A stretch of 64,000 bases of DNA from Nitrospiraceae bacterium (GCA_050246315.1 JBFWWG010000010.1:32001-96000), one strand, 5' to 3'. Shown: positions 50,403 to 61,634, counted from the first letter of the stretch. Notes: a model not told the origin generated them from the sequence alone. Made by a program: numbers and translations.

Positions 50403-53400
50403 TCAGGCGATGGCCTTGGCGGCGGGAGCGGGTCGGTCCAGCACCTCTCGGACCTTCTGCGCAAGTTCCTGAGGGGAGAACGGTTTTTGGAGCAGCGCGG
50501 CGTTCACGCGGATGCCTCCCTTGGCGAACACCGGATGGTCGGGATAGCCGGACATATAGAGGACCTTCAGTTCCGGTCGAGCCAGACAGAGTTTCTCTGC
50601 GACTTCGGGACCACTCATCTGCGGCATGACGACATCGGTCAGCAGCAAGTGAATCGGCCCGAGATGCTTGGCGCCCGTCAGCAGGGCCTCGATGCCGTGC
50701 CGTGCCAACAAGACCGAATAGCCGTGCATCCGCAACGTCTCCTGGACGAGGTAGCGGACGGCCGGTTCGTCCTCGACGACCAACACCGTTTCCTTGCCGC
50801 GCACCTCAGATTGCATGCCGCCGTTTGATTCGGCGACAAGATCCGCCTCTTCCACGCATGGAAAATAGATTCTGAAGGTTGCGCCCTCACCGGGCATGCT
50901 GTCCACCTCGATATGCCCCCCGGTCTGTTTCACGATGCCGTACACGGTGGAGAGGCCAAGCCCGGTGCCTTTCCCCTTTTCCTTGGTCGTAAAGAAGGGC
51001 TCAAAGATATGCGACCGGATCTCAGGGTCCATGCCGCATCCGGTGTCCTGGATGGTCAAGAGCACATAGGCGCCCGGCTCCAGCATCACGGGCGCGAGCC
51101 GGTGCCGCTTGTCGATCATCACATTGGCGGTGGAAACGGTCAGTTTGCCTCCGTCCGGCATGGCGTCATGTGAGTTGACCGCCAGGTTCATAATGACCTG
51201 TTCGATCTGCGTCGGATCAGCCTTGATCTTGCCCAGCGAAGGAGCGAGCACGGTACCTAGTTCGACGAGGTCCTCTCCGATCAAGCGGCGCAACATGCCG
51301 TCCATGCCGGAGATCACTTCGTTCAGGTCCAGAGTCTTGGTGGAGACAAATTGGCGCCGGCTGAAGGCCAGCAACTGATTCGTCAATCCGGCGGCTCGAT
51401 CTCCGGCCTTTTTTACCTCCTCGACCTCTTTTCTCATCGGATCGTCCGACCGCAAACGCCCCATGATCAGTTCGCAGTATCCCCGGATGACCGTCAGCAG
51501 GTTGTTGAAGTCATGGGCGATGCCTCCCGCGAGCCGGCCCACCGCTTCCATCTTCTGGCTCTGCCGCAATTGCTCTTCCGTTTGTCGGAGCGCCTCCTCC
51601 GCGCGCAGCCGTTCAATCAATTGCCCGATGCGGAATCCGAAGTCCGCCGCCATTTTCAACAGCTCCTCGTCCGGCTCGCGTACCTCCATAACATAGAGCT
51701 CGATGACGCCGTGCACCTCCTGGCCGACCCGGATAGGAAACCCGAAGGCGCCGTGCAGACCGGCCTGAAAGGCCGAGGAGCGGCGTGGGAAATTGGGGTC
51801 CGTGGTGACGTCGGAGATCCACGCGGGCTTGCCGGCAGCCCAAATCCTTCCCGGAAGTCCGTTGCCCACCGTGAAACACAGTCGCCACGTCTCCCCGACA
51901 AATTCCTCCGCCACACCCGGCGCGGAGACCCGAATGTCGAAACAATTGAGTCGCTGGTGCGGCTTATCCAACATCCACCACACTCCGACCGACCACCCCA
52001 GGTGATCGCAGATCGCTTGAAGAATTTTCGGACAAATATCCTGGATCGACTTGGATTCCGCCAGAATCTGCGTGATGGCAAACTGCGCGGCCAGTCGTTG
52101 TTCGGTTCGCCGGCGCTCGGTGATGTCGCGCACAAACACGCTGAAGATGTGCGTATGTCCGATCAGGGACGGAGAGACCGTCAGCTCGACGGGCAACTCC
52201 CGTCCGTCCTTGCGACAGGCCGTGGTTTCCACGCGCTTGTTCAAAAACGCGCCCTCTCCTGTCGTGAGAAAGCGATGGAGGCCCTGTTGATACAACTCTC
52301 GATACTGCTGAGGGATGATCGTCTCGGCGAGCTGGCGTCCTATCGCCTCGGCTCGAGTCCAACCGAATAGGCGGACTGCCTGGGTATTCCACTCCGTCAC
52401 CAGGCCGTCGGCGTCCATGCTGATGACGGCATCCAACGACGTGTCCACGACGGCTTTGACGCGCTGTTGGCCCTGCAGGAGGGCGGACTCGGCCGCGCGG
52501 GCACATTGACTCTCGTACCGCGCCTGGACACACTCCCGCTGAAGGCGACGGGCGGACCAGAAGAGCAGGCCGAGCGCCGGCAATCCGACCGCCGCGCTCG
52601 CCAAACCCAGCCTCCATAGCATGCCGTGAATCGGCGTCAAAATGTCGCTGCGATCTCTGCGCAACAGAATGGACCAGCCGTAGTCATTGAATTCTCCGAA
52701 CCCCTGGGTCTGCGCATAGCCGGTCACAACCGGCACATGCCGTCGTAGGTGCTCCTCCTCGACATAGCCAGGCTTTCCCATCAGGCTCAGGAGCGCAGAA
52801 GGGAGTCCCCTCTCCAGGAGATTGATGGGGGCATGGTGGGTCGCCGCATCGATGAACACGTCCCCGGAACGGGACATGAATTGATATTCAAGCGTCCCGG
52901 AGAAATCCTCGCTCGCCTCCATGGTTCGAAGCGTGCGGGTCAGCAGGTTATCCAACGTGCTGATCCCGATTCGGCCGGTTGTGACCCCTAGAAACTCCCC
53001 TTTAGGGCTGATGATGGGTGCGGTGAAGGAGATCGCTTCCTGTCCACCGGCCTCCCGATGGACCGACGCCTCCGTGATGTGAAAGGCCTTTCGCTCCCGG
53101 CTGATCCGGAACCAGTCCGCCTGCTCATACTCCAACCCGACCATCTTGGGATCGGTGGCGACAATGACCCGTCCATGCGCATCGGTCACGCCCAGCCACG
53201 TATAGACCGGGCCGTAGCTTTTCCTGATCCATTCGAGATAGTCATTCATATAGGCACGATCCGCCATTTTCGTGCTGAACACTCGCGCCGTAATGCCGAC
53301 ATCGGCGTATCGCTCGGACAACAGACGATCCAGTTTTTCAGTGATCTCAGAGGCTGCCAAGGCAAGGCTTTCCCCCGCGGTCTCGACCAACCGTACCTCC

Positions 53401-53519
53401 ACATAACGGAGTCCCAACATGACGGTCGTAAAGGCCACGACGGTCAACGCGATGATGAGGAACAGGAGCCACTGGTAGGGCTTGGGCGGAGCGGCGTCTG
53501 ATCGTTTGGGCGGCGACAT
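50403..53519 (-). CDS. Hybrid sensor histidine kinase (Cache-PAS-GAF-HisKA-HATPase-REC)
   Basis: Two TMs, [21 protein letters not shown], receiver [11 protein letters not shown]. Confidence 0.94.
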   Translation of the reverse strand: MSPPKRSDAAPPKPYQWLLFLIIALTVVAFTTVMLGLRYVEVRLVETAGESLALAASEITEKLDRLLSERYADVGITARVFSTKMADRAYMNDYLEWIRKSYGPVYTWLGVTDAHGRVIVATDPKMVGLEYEQADWFRISRERKAFHITEASVHREAGGQEAISFTAPIISPKGEFLGVTTGRIGISTLDNLLTRTLRTMEASEDFSGTLEYQFMSRSGDVFIDAATHHAPINLLERGLPSALLSLMGKPGYVEEEHLRRHVPVVTGYAQTQGFGEFNDYGWSILLRRDRSDILTPIHGMLWRLGLASAAVGLPALGLLFWSARRLQRECVQARYESQCARAAESALLQGQQRVKAVVDTSLDAVISMDADGLVTEWNTQAVRLFGWTRAEAIGRQLAETIIPQQYRELYQQGLHRFLTTGEGAFLNKRVETTACRKDGRELPVELTVSPSLIGHTHIFSVFVRDITERRRTEQRLAAQFAITQILAESKSIQDICPKILQAICDHLGWSVGVWWMLDKPHQRLNCFDIRVSAPGVAEEFVGETWRLCFTVGNGLPGRIWAAGKPAWISDVTTDPNFPRRSSAFQAGLHGAFGFPIRVGQEVHGVIELYVMEVREPDEELLKMAADFGFRIGQLIERLRAEEALRQTEEQLRQSQKMEAVGRLAGGIAHDFNNLLTVIRGYCELIMGRLRSDDPMRKEVEEVKKAGDRAAGLTNQLLAFSRRQFVSTKTLDLNEVISGMDGMLRRLIGEDLVELGTVLAPSLGKIKADPTQIEQVIMNLAVNSHDAMPDGGKLTVSTANVMIDKRHRLAPVMLEPGAYVLLTIQDTGCGMDPEIRSHIFEPFFTTKEKGKGTGLGLSTVYGIVKQTGGHIEVDSMPGEGATFRIYFPCVEEADLVAESNGGMQSEVRGKETVLVVEDEPAVRYLVQETLRMHGYSVLLARHGIEALLTGAKHLGPIHLLLTDVVMPQMSGPEVAEKLCLARPELKVLYMSGYPDHPVFAKGGIRVNAALLQKPFSPQELAQKVREVLDRPAPAAKAIA

Positions 53520-55061
53520 TTACGGTTCTTGCGCAACGTAGGTTCGAACCTGATGCACCGGATGATAGGCCTGCTTGGATTGCGCGAGGCTCGGCAGACC
53601 AAAGGCGTCCATCGTATTGATGAATCGATAGCCCCAAGCGAGGGCCGAGCGGACGCCCTCCCGGAACACATATTCCGCCAATCCGGACATGGATCGGTCG
53701 GTGATTTCAGCCAGCATGCACCAGACTTCTCTGGTCAGGGCGCCGCCGAAGGTATAGGCCCGGATACGGCCATCGACCCGCACAACCTGCCCGGCCAGAC
53801 CGAGCGGTTCCGCATTGGCCAGTAACTCCAGATGAAACGAGCGACTGTCCTCGAGGCAATAGCGGGCCGCTTCATTTTGGTCTTGGCGCAACTTGCGGTC
53901 CTGCCACTCTTCATAAAGTGCCGCGCAGGCCGGCGCGTCAGCGGACTGGTAGCGAGTGATCGTGGCCCGATGCGTACGGCAGAAGTGGTTATAGGACGCG
54001 CGCTGCGACTTGTAGTCGTCGCCACGGAGCTCCGCTAGATCGTTGGCTCGATAGAGATACTCCGGCTCTTTCGGGACGACTCGATAGCCCCAAGCCTCCA
54101 GCTCAGCCTTCCAGGTCGCCGGAACCGATTCGATGCGCGCCGCCAAGGAGCGACCGTTGCGCCGATTCATCCAGGCGAAAAGGCTCGCGATCCGCGCTTC
54201 GGTCGGAACGGAGCCCGGTCCAAGCGGCGGCACCGGCATGAAGATCCCGTCGGGCGATTCGGCGAACAGACAGAGGTATCCGTCCAGGTCCGCCCAGGAA
54301 TAGGACAACACCTGGCGCCAGAGGTAATGGTTCGCAAACGACCAGGCGGAGGGCACGATCTCGGGCAACAGCGGGCTTGCCGCGGCCGCAGTTTCGAACC
54401 GAACACGATCGGCCAATTCCAAGGGCCTGGGCAACAGATCACTCCACGGACCGGTCACCCCGGTCGTCAATCGGACCGTCAAGGCCGGCAGCGATTGCAG
54501 CACGACCACGTCCTCTTGAAACCGCGTCACTAGGGACGGATGCCGCTCGACCAGTGTCAGCACCGAATCCTGTTCAAGGTAGCGGGCGGTCTCGGCTACG
54601 TACTCGCGGAACGCCGATTGGTTCGACAGACCCGTTTGATTGTCGAAGAGAAAGGGACACTTCATGTCCCAACCCAACAGAACTTCCCGATGAGTTCGGT
54701 CCCACATCACGGCCAGCGGATACAGCCGGCAATCCAGCGGCCGGACGTCATAGATCCGACAATGGTGCGTCTCGACATCGAACGCCGGACAGAGGTAGCC
54801 CTGACCGGCCGCATGGGGTTGCACCTCGATCTGGCACCCGGCGGGATCACGGAAGGATGAGGACGAGAGGCCCCGACTGAGAGCAACCTGAATCTCTTCG
54901 CCGGTGAAATAGGGCCTCAGGAAACTATCGGCGTCCGGGAAGCGGCAGCAGACCTCGCAGGCCAGACAGGTCTCGCTCGGCACATAGTGGCCGACCCGTT
55001 CAATCTGAATCAGCTCGCCGGCCCGTGGTTCCACGCTGGATGAGGCAACCATCAGAAGCAT
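53520..55061 (-). CDS. Fusion of YkgJ-type CxxCxxCC domain and DUF2156/LPG-synthase C-terminal-like domain
   Basis: CLACEVCC, CPAF, CRIYDVRPLDCRLYP; WSFANHYLW, EYLY...LRG, FIN..D..GL..L..SK..YHP; start uncertain. Confidence 0.75.
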   Translation of the reverse strand: MLLMVASSSVEPRAGELIQIERVGHYVPSETCLACEVCCRFPDADSFLRPYFTGEEIQVALSRGLSSSSFRDPAGCQIEVQPHAAGQGYLCPAFDVETHHCRIYDVRPLDCRLYPLAVMWDRTHREVLLGWDMKCPFLFDNQTGLSNQSAFREYVAETARYLEQDSVLTLVERHPSLVTRFQEDVVVLQSLPALTVRLTTGVTGPWSDLLPRPLELADRVRFETAAAASPLLPEIVPSAWSFANHYLWRQVLSYSWADLDGYLCLFAESPDGIFMPVPPLGPGSVPTEARIASLFAWMNRRNGRSLAARIESVPATWKAELEAWGYRVVPKEPEYLYRANDLAELRGDDYKSQRASYNHFCRTHRATITRYQSADAPACAALYEEWQDRKLRQDQNEAARYCLEDSRSFHLELLANAEPLGLAGQVVRVDGRIRAYTFGGALTREVWCMLAEITDRSMSGLAEYVFREGVRSALAWGYRFINTMDAFGLPSLAQSKQAYHPVHQVRTYVAQEP

Positions 55062-55214
55062 CCCTGAAGCGGAGGCCAATTGTAACACCGTTTCCAAGAA
55101 GCTCCTAATGTTTCGCGCAACCGCTTGAACTCCACTCTCAACGGGGGTTCCCTTGACCGCGGGGTTGACGGCCCAACTCCTGCTGTCAGCGACGGCCCCC
55201 TCAGAAGAATGGGC

Positions 55215-56042
55215 ATGGACGGCCGCCAATCACCTAGGCATCAGTACGATCATGGCGGTCTATTCGATCCCCATCCGACCATCATCTCTGTGATCGCCCC
55301 GACCTCGTATCAGCTCATATTCCAGAACAGGTTCTTCCGGCTTTCGTGTGGGGAGCGAGGATAGCCCTTATCGCCTCGGCTGACGAAGGCCGGGCGTCTC
55401 CGGGCCTTGCCCTGATGCGATGGTGTCGCCGCCCTCTTCTCATGTCGTCCTGGTGGTCGCCGCGCCTCTGAGGCCGCGCCGGAGCGCGAAGCCGGCGCGA
55501 CGACACCCGAGCCCGGCACCTGACTGGCTTGCGCCCGCCCGGGCCGCGGCCCTCCGCGCGCCGCCCTTCCAGCCTCGCCTCACGCCTGTCCCGGGGAGCA
55601 GAGCGAGGGAGGCCCGCTCGCATTGCCGGAGGATCGGGGCCCCACCGAGGGCACGGCAGGAAGGAAAGCTGGACCTGGCCGATGCCCCACGGTCGCCAGA
55701 CCGTGGCGGAGCGAATTCCAGAAGGGTTCCGCCTGCGGAGCCCCGGAAGGGTCGATCCGGGAGGCGCGAGAGCGGGCATCCCCTCGCCCGCGCCGAGGGT
55801 GTGGGTTTTACAAGCAACCCACCCGATTTCCGGAAGAGCCCCAGAACAAGACCGCCTGAAACAAATTCGCTGACCGCTGCGCGCGCACCTGTGACGAATC
55901 GATCGCCAACTGCGCGGCTCCTTGCTCGTTCCGCCCAATGCCCGAAGCCGTCGCCACCGCGCCGATCCATGCGATCTGCACCGGCGATTTATTGGCGGCG
56001 GACGCGGCCGTCTACGAGGCGAAATCGGCCGGGAAGAATTGA
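55215..56042 (+). pseudogene. Decayed PAS-GGDEF diguanylate cyclase, interrupted by ISL3 MITE
   Basis: After removing the MITE and one TSD: ...IISVIAPTSYQLIFQNKTA*NKF...PCSF.PMPEAV...LLAADAAVYEAKSAGKN*V. Confidence 0.7.
55330..55840 (+). mobile_element. ISL3-derived non-autonomous element (511 bp)
   Basis: 8-bp TSD CCAGAACA (55322-55329, 55841-55848); TIR GGTTCTTCCGG.../...CCGGAAGAGCC, 18/23; right end encodes QPTRFPEEP, like ISL3 transposase C-termini. Confidence 0.85.
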
Positions 56043-56310
56043 GTCCGTGTCACAGAGAAGCGTCAGCTTGCCCACCAACATGAGAGGTAGCGGAACGATG
56101 GACCACGCGCCGGCGGCGGTCCTCCGCTTCGGAAACCTCGCGCCCAGCTACGTTGTGTTGCACCACTTCTCTGCCCGTCCCCTTGAGTGCCCATCGGTGC
56201 CATGCTACGATGACTTTCGAATCGGCTTCTCAGTGCGGCAGGTTGATTCGTATGATTCGCCGGGACCTCAGAACCCGAACCCAACGGGAGACTCCGCGGG
56301 AGACCTCGCA

Positions 56311-57774
56311 TTGGCACTCGTGCACCATTGGCAGGAGCAGCCAGCCACAGACGCTGCCTCTCATCGCTGCTCCACAATTCGCCGCCAACTGATCCGCGCA
56401 GGTTTGTGGTCCGTCTCATCCTCGAACGGAGAGGCGACGGGTTTCACCTCGCACTGGAGAATTGCGACGACGCCGTTTTGGCTGACCCCGGACGACCTGG
56501 CGTTTTTCTCCGATCTCGGCGGACGCCTGCTGTCGTTCTATCGAGCCCTCAACCGTCTGTACCTCGAGAGCGTGAAGGGTTCGCAGCCTCCGTGGGCGGC
56601 ATCCTATCTGGATCAGGGCAAGCCTGAATCCCTGCTGACCTACAGCCGGATGAATCGGTTCCGACAAGCCCTGCCCGCCGTCATCAGGCCGGATGTGTTG
56701 CCGACCGACCACGGCATGGTCATTACGGAACTCGACTCGGTCCCCGGCGGCATCGGCGTGACCGCAGCGCTCACGCATTTCTATGAGGAGGCGAGGTCGT
56801 GCGAGTGGAATTGGATCGGCGGCGCATCCGGCATGATGGGGCGGTTCGGCGAGATGCTGCGGCATCAGATCGGATCGCGAACCGGGATCGTCGCCATCGT
56901 CGTCTCGGACGAAGCGAAAGAGTACCGCCCGGAAATGGAGTGGGCGGCCGATCGGCTGCGCGCGGGAGGATTGGACACAGCCTGTATCCATCCGCGCGAC
57001 CTTCGCTTTACCGAGGAGGGGTTTCGCGCGCAGGTCGGGACGGAGGAGCGCCCGGTGGCCGCCGTCTATCGCTTCTTTGAATTGTTCGATCTGAAAAACA
57101 TCCCCAAGGTCGAACTGCTCATGTACGGCGCGAAGAAGGACCTGGTGGAGGTGACGCCTCCGTTCAAACCGGCCTTGGAGGAAAAACTGGCCTTCGCGCT
57201 GTTGCACCACCCTCTGCTGACTCCATTCTGGGAGCGGGAACTGGGGGAAGACCTGTATGAATCGCTGAAATCGCTGATGCCCCAGACCTGGGTTCTGGAC
57301 CCCAGTCCGATCCCACCGACCGCCGTGATTCCCAACCTCACGCTCGGTGGAAGGCCGGTGTCCGATTGGCGATCGCTCGCCAAGGCAGGCCAAAAGGAAC
57401 GCCGGTATGTCCTGAAGCCTTCGGGATTTTCCGAACAGGCGTGGGGCAGCCGCGGTGTCTCAGTGGGGCATGATCTGCCGTCGGCCGAATGGGAAGCGGC
57501 GCTCGATCGCGCCCTGGCCTCGTTTCCACAGACTCCCCACGTCCTTCAGGTGTTTCACAAGAGTCGGTCCGGACACGTCACGTATCACGACCCCGACAGC
57601 GGTGAGATCCGATCCATGACGGGACGGGCTCGCCTGTGCCCCTACTACTTCGTGGTGGAGGGGCGCGCCGAGCTGGGCGGAATCCTCGCGACCGTCACCC
57701 CGGTGGAGAAAAAGGTCATTCACGGGATGCAGGATGCCGTCATGGTACCCTGCGCCGTCGCCCCCGTTACGTGA
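56311..57774 (+). CDS. ATP-grasp ligase-like protein (circularly permuted/glutathionylspermidine synthase-like)
   Basis: IRPD, TELDSVPGG, YRFFELFD, EEK, VLKPSGFSEQAWGSRGV, RLCPYYF; start TTG 56311 estimated from GGGAGA. Confidence 0.7.
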   Translation: MALVHHWQEQPATDAASHRCSTIRRQLIRAGLWSVSSSNGEATGFTSHWRIATTPFWLTPDDLAFFSDLGGRLLSFYRALNRLYLESVKGSQPPWAASYLDQGKPESLLTYSRMNRFRQALPAVIRPDVLPTDHGMVITELDSVPGGIGVTAALTHFYEEARSCEWNWIGGASGMMGRFGEMLRHQIGSRTGIVAIVVSDEAKEYRPEMEWAADRLRAGGLDTACIHPRDLRFTEEGFRAQVGTEERPVAAVYRFFELFDLKNIPKVELLMYGAKKDLVEVTPPFKPALEEKLAFALLHHPLLTPFWERELGEDLYESLKSLMPQTWVLDPSPIPPTAVIPNLTLGGRPVSDWRSLAKAGQKERRYVLKPSGFSEQAWGSRGVSVGHDLPSAEWEAALDRALASFPQTPHVLQVFHKSRSGHVTYHDPDSGEIRSMTGRARLCPYYFVVEGRAELGGILATVTPVEKKVIHGMQDAVMVPCAVAPVT

Positions 57775-57787
57775 GAGAGGATATTCG

Positions 57788-58036
57788 ATGGCTCTGACGC
57801 TCTATCACGTCCACTGGTGTCCGGACTGTATCGAGGTTCGGGACAAACTCGACTCCCTGGGGCTGCCCTACGAGAGCGTCGTGGTGCCGGATTTCCGGCC
57901 GATGCGAAAGCAGGTGTTCGAGGTCTCCGGACAGTATTTCGTGCCCGTCCTTCAGGATGGGGAGACCGTGTTGACCGAGACGGATGAGATTGTGGCCCAC
58001 CTGGATCGGCTGCGCACGGCGACCGGGATCGAATAG
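57788..58036 (+). CDS. Glutaredoxin-like protein
   Basis: WCPDC, SGQYFVPVL. Confidence 0.88.
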   Translation: MALTLYHVHWCPDCIEVRDKLDSLGLPYESVVVPDFRPMRKQVFEVSGQYFVPVLQDGETVLTETDEIVAHLDRLRTATGIE

Positions 58037-58149
58037 GCCTGATGATGTTCAAGAAGACCGACGCAAAAACAAGGCCGGCGGGCCTTGTCGGTATCCTGCT
58101 TGCTGCCCCCTGCGCAAGCACGCGATGCATCTGAACCAAAGGAGCCGTC

Positions 58150-59346
58150 GTGGAAGAGTGGAGACGCATTCTCGCTGACAGCCTGGTCAAGCCGAAGCAG
58201 CTTGCCGAACGATTCGGTCTGGATGCCGAGGAGCTCGAAGCCGTGGTTGGCCCCTACCCGATGCGGATCACACCGACGGTCCTGGCCACGATGAAGGAGA
58301 AAGGGGACGCGATCTGGAAACAAGTCGTCCCCCAGGCGGACGAGCTGGCCGACGCGGACGCGGAGGACGATCCCCTCGAAGAAGATCTGATGAGTCCCGT
58401 GCCGCACTTGGTCCACCGGTATCCGGACCGTGTGCTCCTGATGGTGACCAATCAGTGCCCGATCTATTGCCGCTTCTGCACACGCAAGCGGCTCGTGGGC
58501 AAACCCGGATTTCTGAAAAAAGGCGAGCTGGACCGAGCCATCGCCTACCTGCGGGATCACACGGAAGTGCGGGACGTCATTCTCTCAGGCGGCGACCCGC
58601 TCCTGCTGCCGGACCATCTGCTGGAGCGTATCCTCAAGGCGCTACGAACGATTCCGCATTTGGAGCTGATCCGGATCGGCTCGCGCGTCCCTGGCACCTT
58701 ACCGGAACGGATCACGACGAAACTCTGCGAGATGCTCAAGAGGTATCATCCGTTTTACATGAACCTCCACTTTAACCACCCGGACGAGTTGACCCCCGAG
58801 GTCAAACACGCCTGCGGGATGTTGGCGGATGCCGGGATTCCCCTGGGCTCCCAAACGGTGTTGCTCAAAGGGGTGAATGACGATCCCGAGGTCATGAAAC
58901 GACTCATGCATCAATTGCTGCTCGCCCGAGTGAAACCCTATTACCTCTATCAGGCCGACCTGACCAAGGGGACCAATCATTTCAGGACCACGGTGGAAAC
59001 CGGTATGCAGATCATCAAGGCCCTGCAGGGACATACGAGCGGTATGGGGGTTCCGCACTTCGTCATCGACGCGCCGGGCGGCGGCGGCAAGATTCCCGTG
59101 CTCCCACCCGACTATCTCGTACACATGGACGAGGAGGCGGTCGTCTTGCAGAACTACGAGCAGAAGACCTTCCGTTACCCGCAACCCTCTGTCGGGGGGA
59201 AGCGAGAGCTTCCAATGGCCGGCGTCTATGCCGCCTCCTCGCCCGCACGAGACGGCTACGCCGTCTGCGGAGACAGCTTTGCCGGCAAGCTCGACGGTTT
59301 TGCCGCCTGGGGGAACAGTTGCGGGGGGGATTACGACGACCTGTGA
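58150..59346 (+). CDS. KamA-family radical SAM aminomutase
   Basis: HRYPDR, CPIYCRFC, SGGDPL, HFNHP, QTVLLKGVND, PYYL, DAPGGGGKIP (PLP Lys). Confidence 0.92.
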   Translation: MEEWRRILADSLVKPKQLAERFGLDAEELEAVVGPYPMRITPTVLATMKEKGDAIWKQVVPQADELADADAEDDPLEEDLMSPVPHLVHRYPDRVLLMVTNQCPIYCRFCTRKRLVGKPGFLKKGELDRAIAYLRDHTEVRDVILSGGDPLLLPDHLLERILKALRTIPHLELIRIGSRVPGTLPERITTKLCEMLKRYHPFYMNLHFNHPDELTPEVKHACGMLADAGIPLGSQTVLLKGVNDDPEVMKRLMHQLLLARVKPYYLYQADLTKGTNHFRTTVETGMQIIKALQGHTSGMGVPHFVIDAPGGGGKIPVLPPDYLVHMDEEAVVLQNYEQKTFRYPQPSVGGKRELPMAGVYAASSPARDGYAVCGDSFAGKLDGFAAWGNSCGGDYDDL

Positions 59347-60500
59347 CGACACGAGCACGCCAGTCCGGGATTTTTCCCTACCAGCAGCTCAGGCAGCTTA
59401 TGGCGAAGGGCGCCATCACCGCCGCCCAGCCGATCGAGGACCGGCAGATCCAGCCGGCGAGTTTGGACCTTCGCTTGGGCACCAAGGCCTACCGCCTGCT
59501 GGCCAGCTTTCTTCCCGAGCAAACGGAAATCACCAGCCGTTTGAACGTGCTGGACTTCTACCAATCCGACCTCGTGATGTACGAGATGGACCTCACGGAG
59601 GGCGCAATCCTGGAGAAGGGGCACGTGTATCTCGTTCCGCTGCTGGAGCGACTCAACCTGCCGTCCACCTTGCGGGCCAGGGCCAACCCGAAGAGCACGA
59701 CCGGCCGTCTCGATATTTTCACCCGAGTCGTCACCGACCTGAATACCGGATACGACGAGATCCGCGCCGGCTATCGCGGCCCACTGTACCTCGAAGTCGT
59801 GCCGCGCTCGTTCACGATCAAGGTCAAGACCGGCCAATCACTCAATCAAATCCGTTTCGTACAAGGGCAGGTCGCGATGTCCGACGCGAGGCTGTTGGCC
59901 CAGCACCGGAACGACCCGCTGGTCTACCACAACCTGGCGACTGCCAAACCGCTGGGCTCGCGCGAGCTGCGGCTGGACCGTGGATTGTTTCTGCGGATCG
60001 ACTTGAAAGGCGTGGAGCGGGACGAGCAGCCCATCATCGGCTATCGCGCCAAGAAAAACAGCCACGTGATCGACCTCTCCAAGGTCGGCCACTACCGCGC
60101 AATCGATTTTTGGGAGCCGATCAAGCGGCGGCGGGAAGGCAGCCTGTTGCTGGAACCGGAGGAATTTTACATCCTGGCCTCAAAAGAACGAGTCCGAGTC
60201 CCCCCCGGCTACGCGGCGGAGATGGTCGCTTATGAAGCTGCCTGCGGAGAACTCCGAACACATTACGCCGGGTTCTTCGACCCGGGATTCGGCTACGGCG
60301 GCAAGGGTGAGGTGCACGGCACCCAGGTGGTGCTCGAAGTCCGGCCCCACGACGTGCCCTTCCTGATCTACGATGGACAAACCTTTTTCAAGGTTGTATA
60401 TGACAGGATGCTCGATGCCCCCAGTCACGTCTACGGCATGGCCTTGGGCTCTTCCTATCAACGCCAATCCCTGACCCTGAGCAAACATTTCAAAGTTTAG
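59343..60500 (+). CDS. dcd: dCTP deaminase (long two-domain type)
   Basis: QPASLDLRLG, ANPKSTTGRLD, HYAGFFDPGFG, LSKHF; GTGA overlap with kamA. Confidence 0.9.
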   Translation: MTTRARQSGIFPYQQLRQLMAKGAITAAQPIEDRQIQPASLDLRLGTKAYRLLASFLPEQTEITSRLNVLDFYQSDLVMYEMDLTEGAILEKGHVYLVPLLERLNLPSTLRARANPKSTTGRLDIFTRVVTDLNTGYDEIRAGYRGPLYLEVVPRSFTIKVKTGQSLNQIRFVQGQVAMSDARLLAQHRNDPLVYHNLATAKPLGSRELRLDRGLFLRIDLKGVERDEQPIIGYRAKKNSHVIDLSKVGHYRAIDFWEPIKRRREGSLLLEPEEFYILASKERVRVPPGYAAEMVAYEAACGELRTHYAGFFDPGFGYGGKGEVHGTQVVLEVRPHDVPFLIYDGQTFFKVVYDRMLDAPSHVYGMALGSSYQRQSLTLSKHFKV

Positions 60501-60898
60501 TGAACCCGATGAGCGACGATTCACCACCGGATGACGGGCAGCAGACTGCCAGCCCCAGAAAACCACGGCGCGTGCCCGAGCACCAACACGTGATCGGGCT
60601 GATGATCGGCACGGCCTTGATGTTTCTCGGCTTCCTGACCGTCCTGCTCTCCATCAGCGGTGGATTCGAAATCGATGTGAAACCCATCCTGCTCTATTTT
60701 GGCGGGCTGGCGATTTGGGCCAACGCCACCGTCGAGAACGTCACCGTGCGCTACCTGGTCATGGGCGGCTCCATCATCGCCGGCCTGGCCTTCTTCCACT
60801 TCGGCGAGGTGCTGTTCTGGCACAAACAGGTCATCTTCTGGGGGACCGTCATCCTCGTCTCGTATTTCATGTTCAAGACGAGCGCGCCGGGAGAATAG
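60500..60898 (+). CDS. Small multi-pass membrane protein
   Basis: About four hydrophobic segments; abuts dcd. Confidence 0.75.
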   Translation: MNPMSDDSPPDDGQQTASPRKPRRVPEHQHVIGLMIGTALMFLGFLTVLLSISGGFEIDVKPILLYFGGLAIWANATVENVTVRYLVMGGSIIAGLAFFHFGEVLFWHKQVIFWGTVILVSYFMFKTSAPGE

Positions 60899-60911
60899 CC
60901 CGCCTCACCCC

Positions 60912-61622
60912 ATGACCATCTCCGTGGTTATGCCCGTACTGAACGAATCGCGGGCATTGGCTGTCACCCTCCCCCACACCCTTTCGCTCGGCTTCGACCA
61001 ACTGATCATCGTAGACGGCGGCAGCGCCGACGGCACCGTGGAGCAGGCCCGAGCGGCTGCCGGGCAGCGCTCGCCCCACCAGGATGTGTCTTCTGTGGCG
61101 CTCATCACCGCGCCGGCCGGCCGTGCGACTCAGATGAACGCCGGTGCCACTGTGGCCCAGGGCGAGGTCCTACTGTTTCTGCACGCAGACACGCTCCTTC
61201 CTAGCGACGCCCGGCTACAGATCACGAAGACCCTCGACGATCCTGCCGTCGTCGCCGGGCGGTTCGACGTCCGGTTCGATCGCGATACGCCGCTCAGCCG
61301 CATCATCGCTCAGTTGATGAATGTACGTTCCCGCCAGACCGGCATGATAACGGGCGATCAGGCGCTCTTCGTCCGAACCAGTACCTTCCGGGCCCTCGGC
61401 GGATTTGCATCCATCCCGCTCATGGAGGATCTTCAACTCAGCCGCCGTTTGAAACAAGAAGGAGAGGTGACGGCCCTCCGCGCCCAGGTCGTGACCTCCT
61501 ATCGTCGCTGGGCCCATTGCGGTCCGATCAGGACTATTGTAAGGATGTGGAGCATACGCTTCCTGTACTGGCTCGGCGTGAGTCCGGAGCGGCTCGCCCG
61601 CTATTACCGGCCGATTCGTTAA
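60912..61622 (+). CDS. GT2 glycosyltransferase, TIGR04283-like
   Basis: SVVMPVLNE, VDGGSAD, GRATQMNAGA, FLHADT, GDQALF, LMED, TS.RRW. Confidence 0.88.
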   Translation: MTISVVMPVLNESRALAVTLPHTLSLGFDQLIIVDGGSADGTVEQARAAAGQRSPHQDVSSVALITAPAGRATQMNAGATVAQGEVLLFLHADTLLPSDARLQITKTLDDPAVVAGRFDVRFDRDTPLSRIIAQLMNVRSRQTGMITGDQALFVRTSTFRALGGFASIPLMEDLQLSRRLKQEGEVTALRAQVVTSYRRWAHCGPIRTIVRMWSIRFLYWLGVSPERLARYYRPIR

Positions 61623-61634
61623 CCCGCACATTCG

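Noticed and set aside
55330..55840. Possible RNase P RNA, tmRNA or other large ncRNA (GC-rich, ends pair)
   Set aside because: No RNase P or tmRNA consensus motifs; the 8-bp TSD and ISL3-type ends explain the pairing.
55420..56310. N-terminal ~300 aa of the 784-aa ORF
   Set aside because: Low-complexity Arg/Pro read-through across the MITE and pseudogene; the ATP-grasp-like part begins near 56311.
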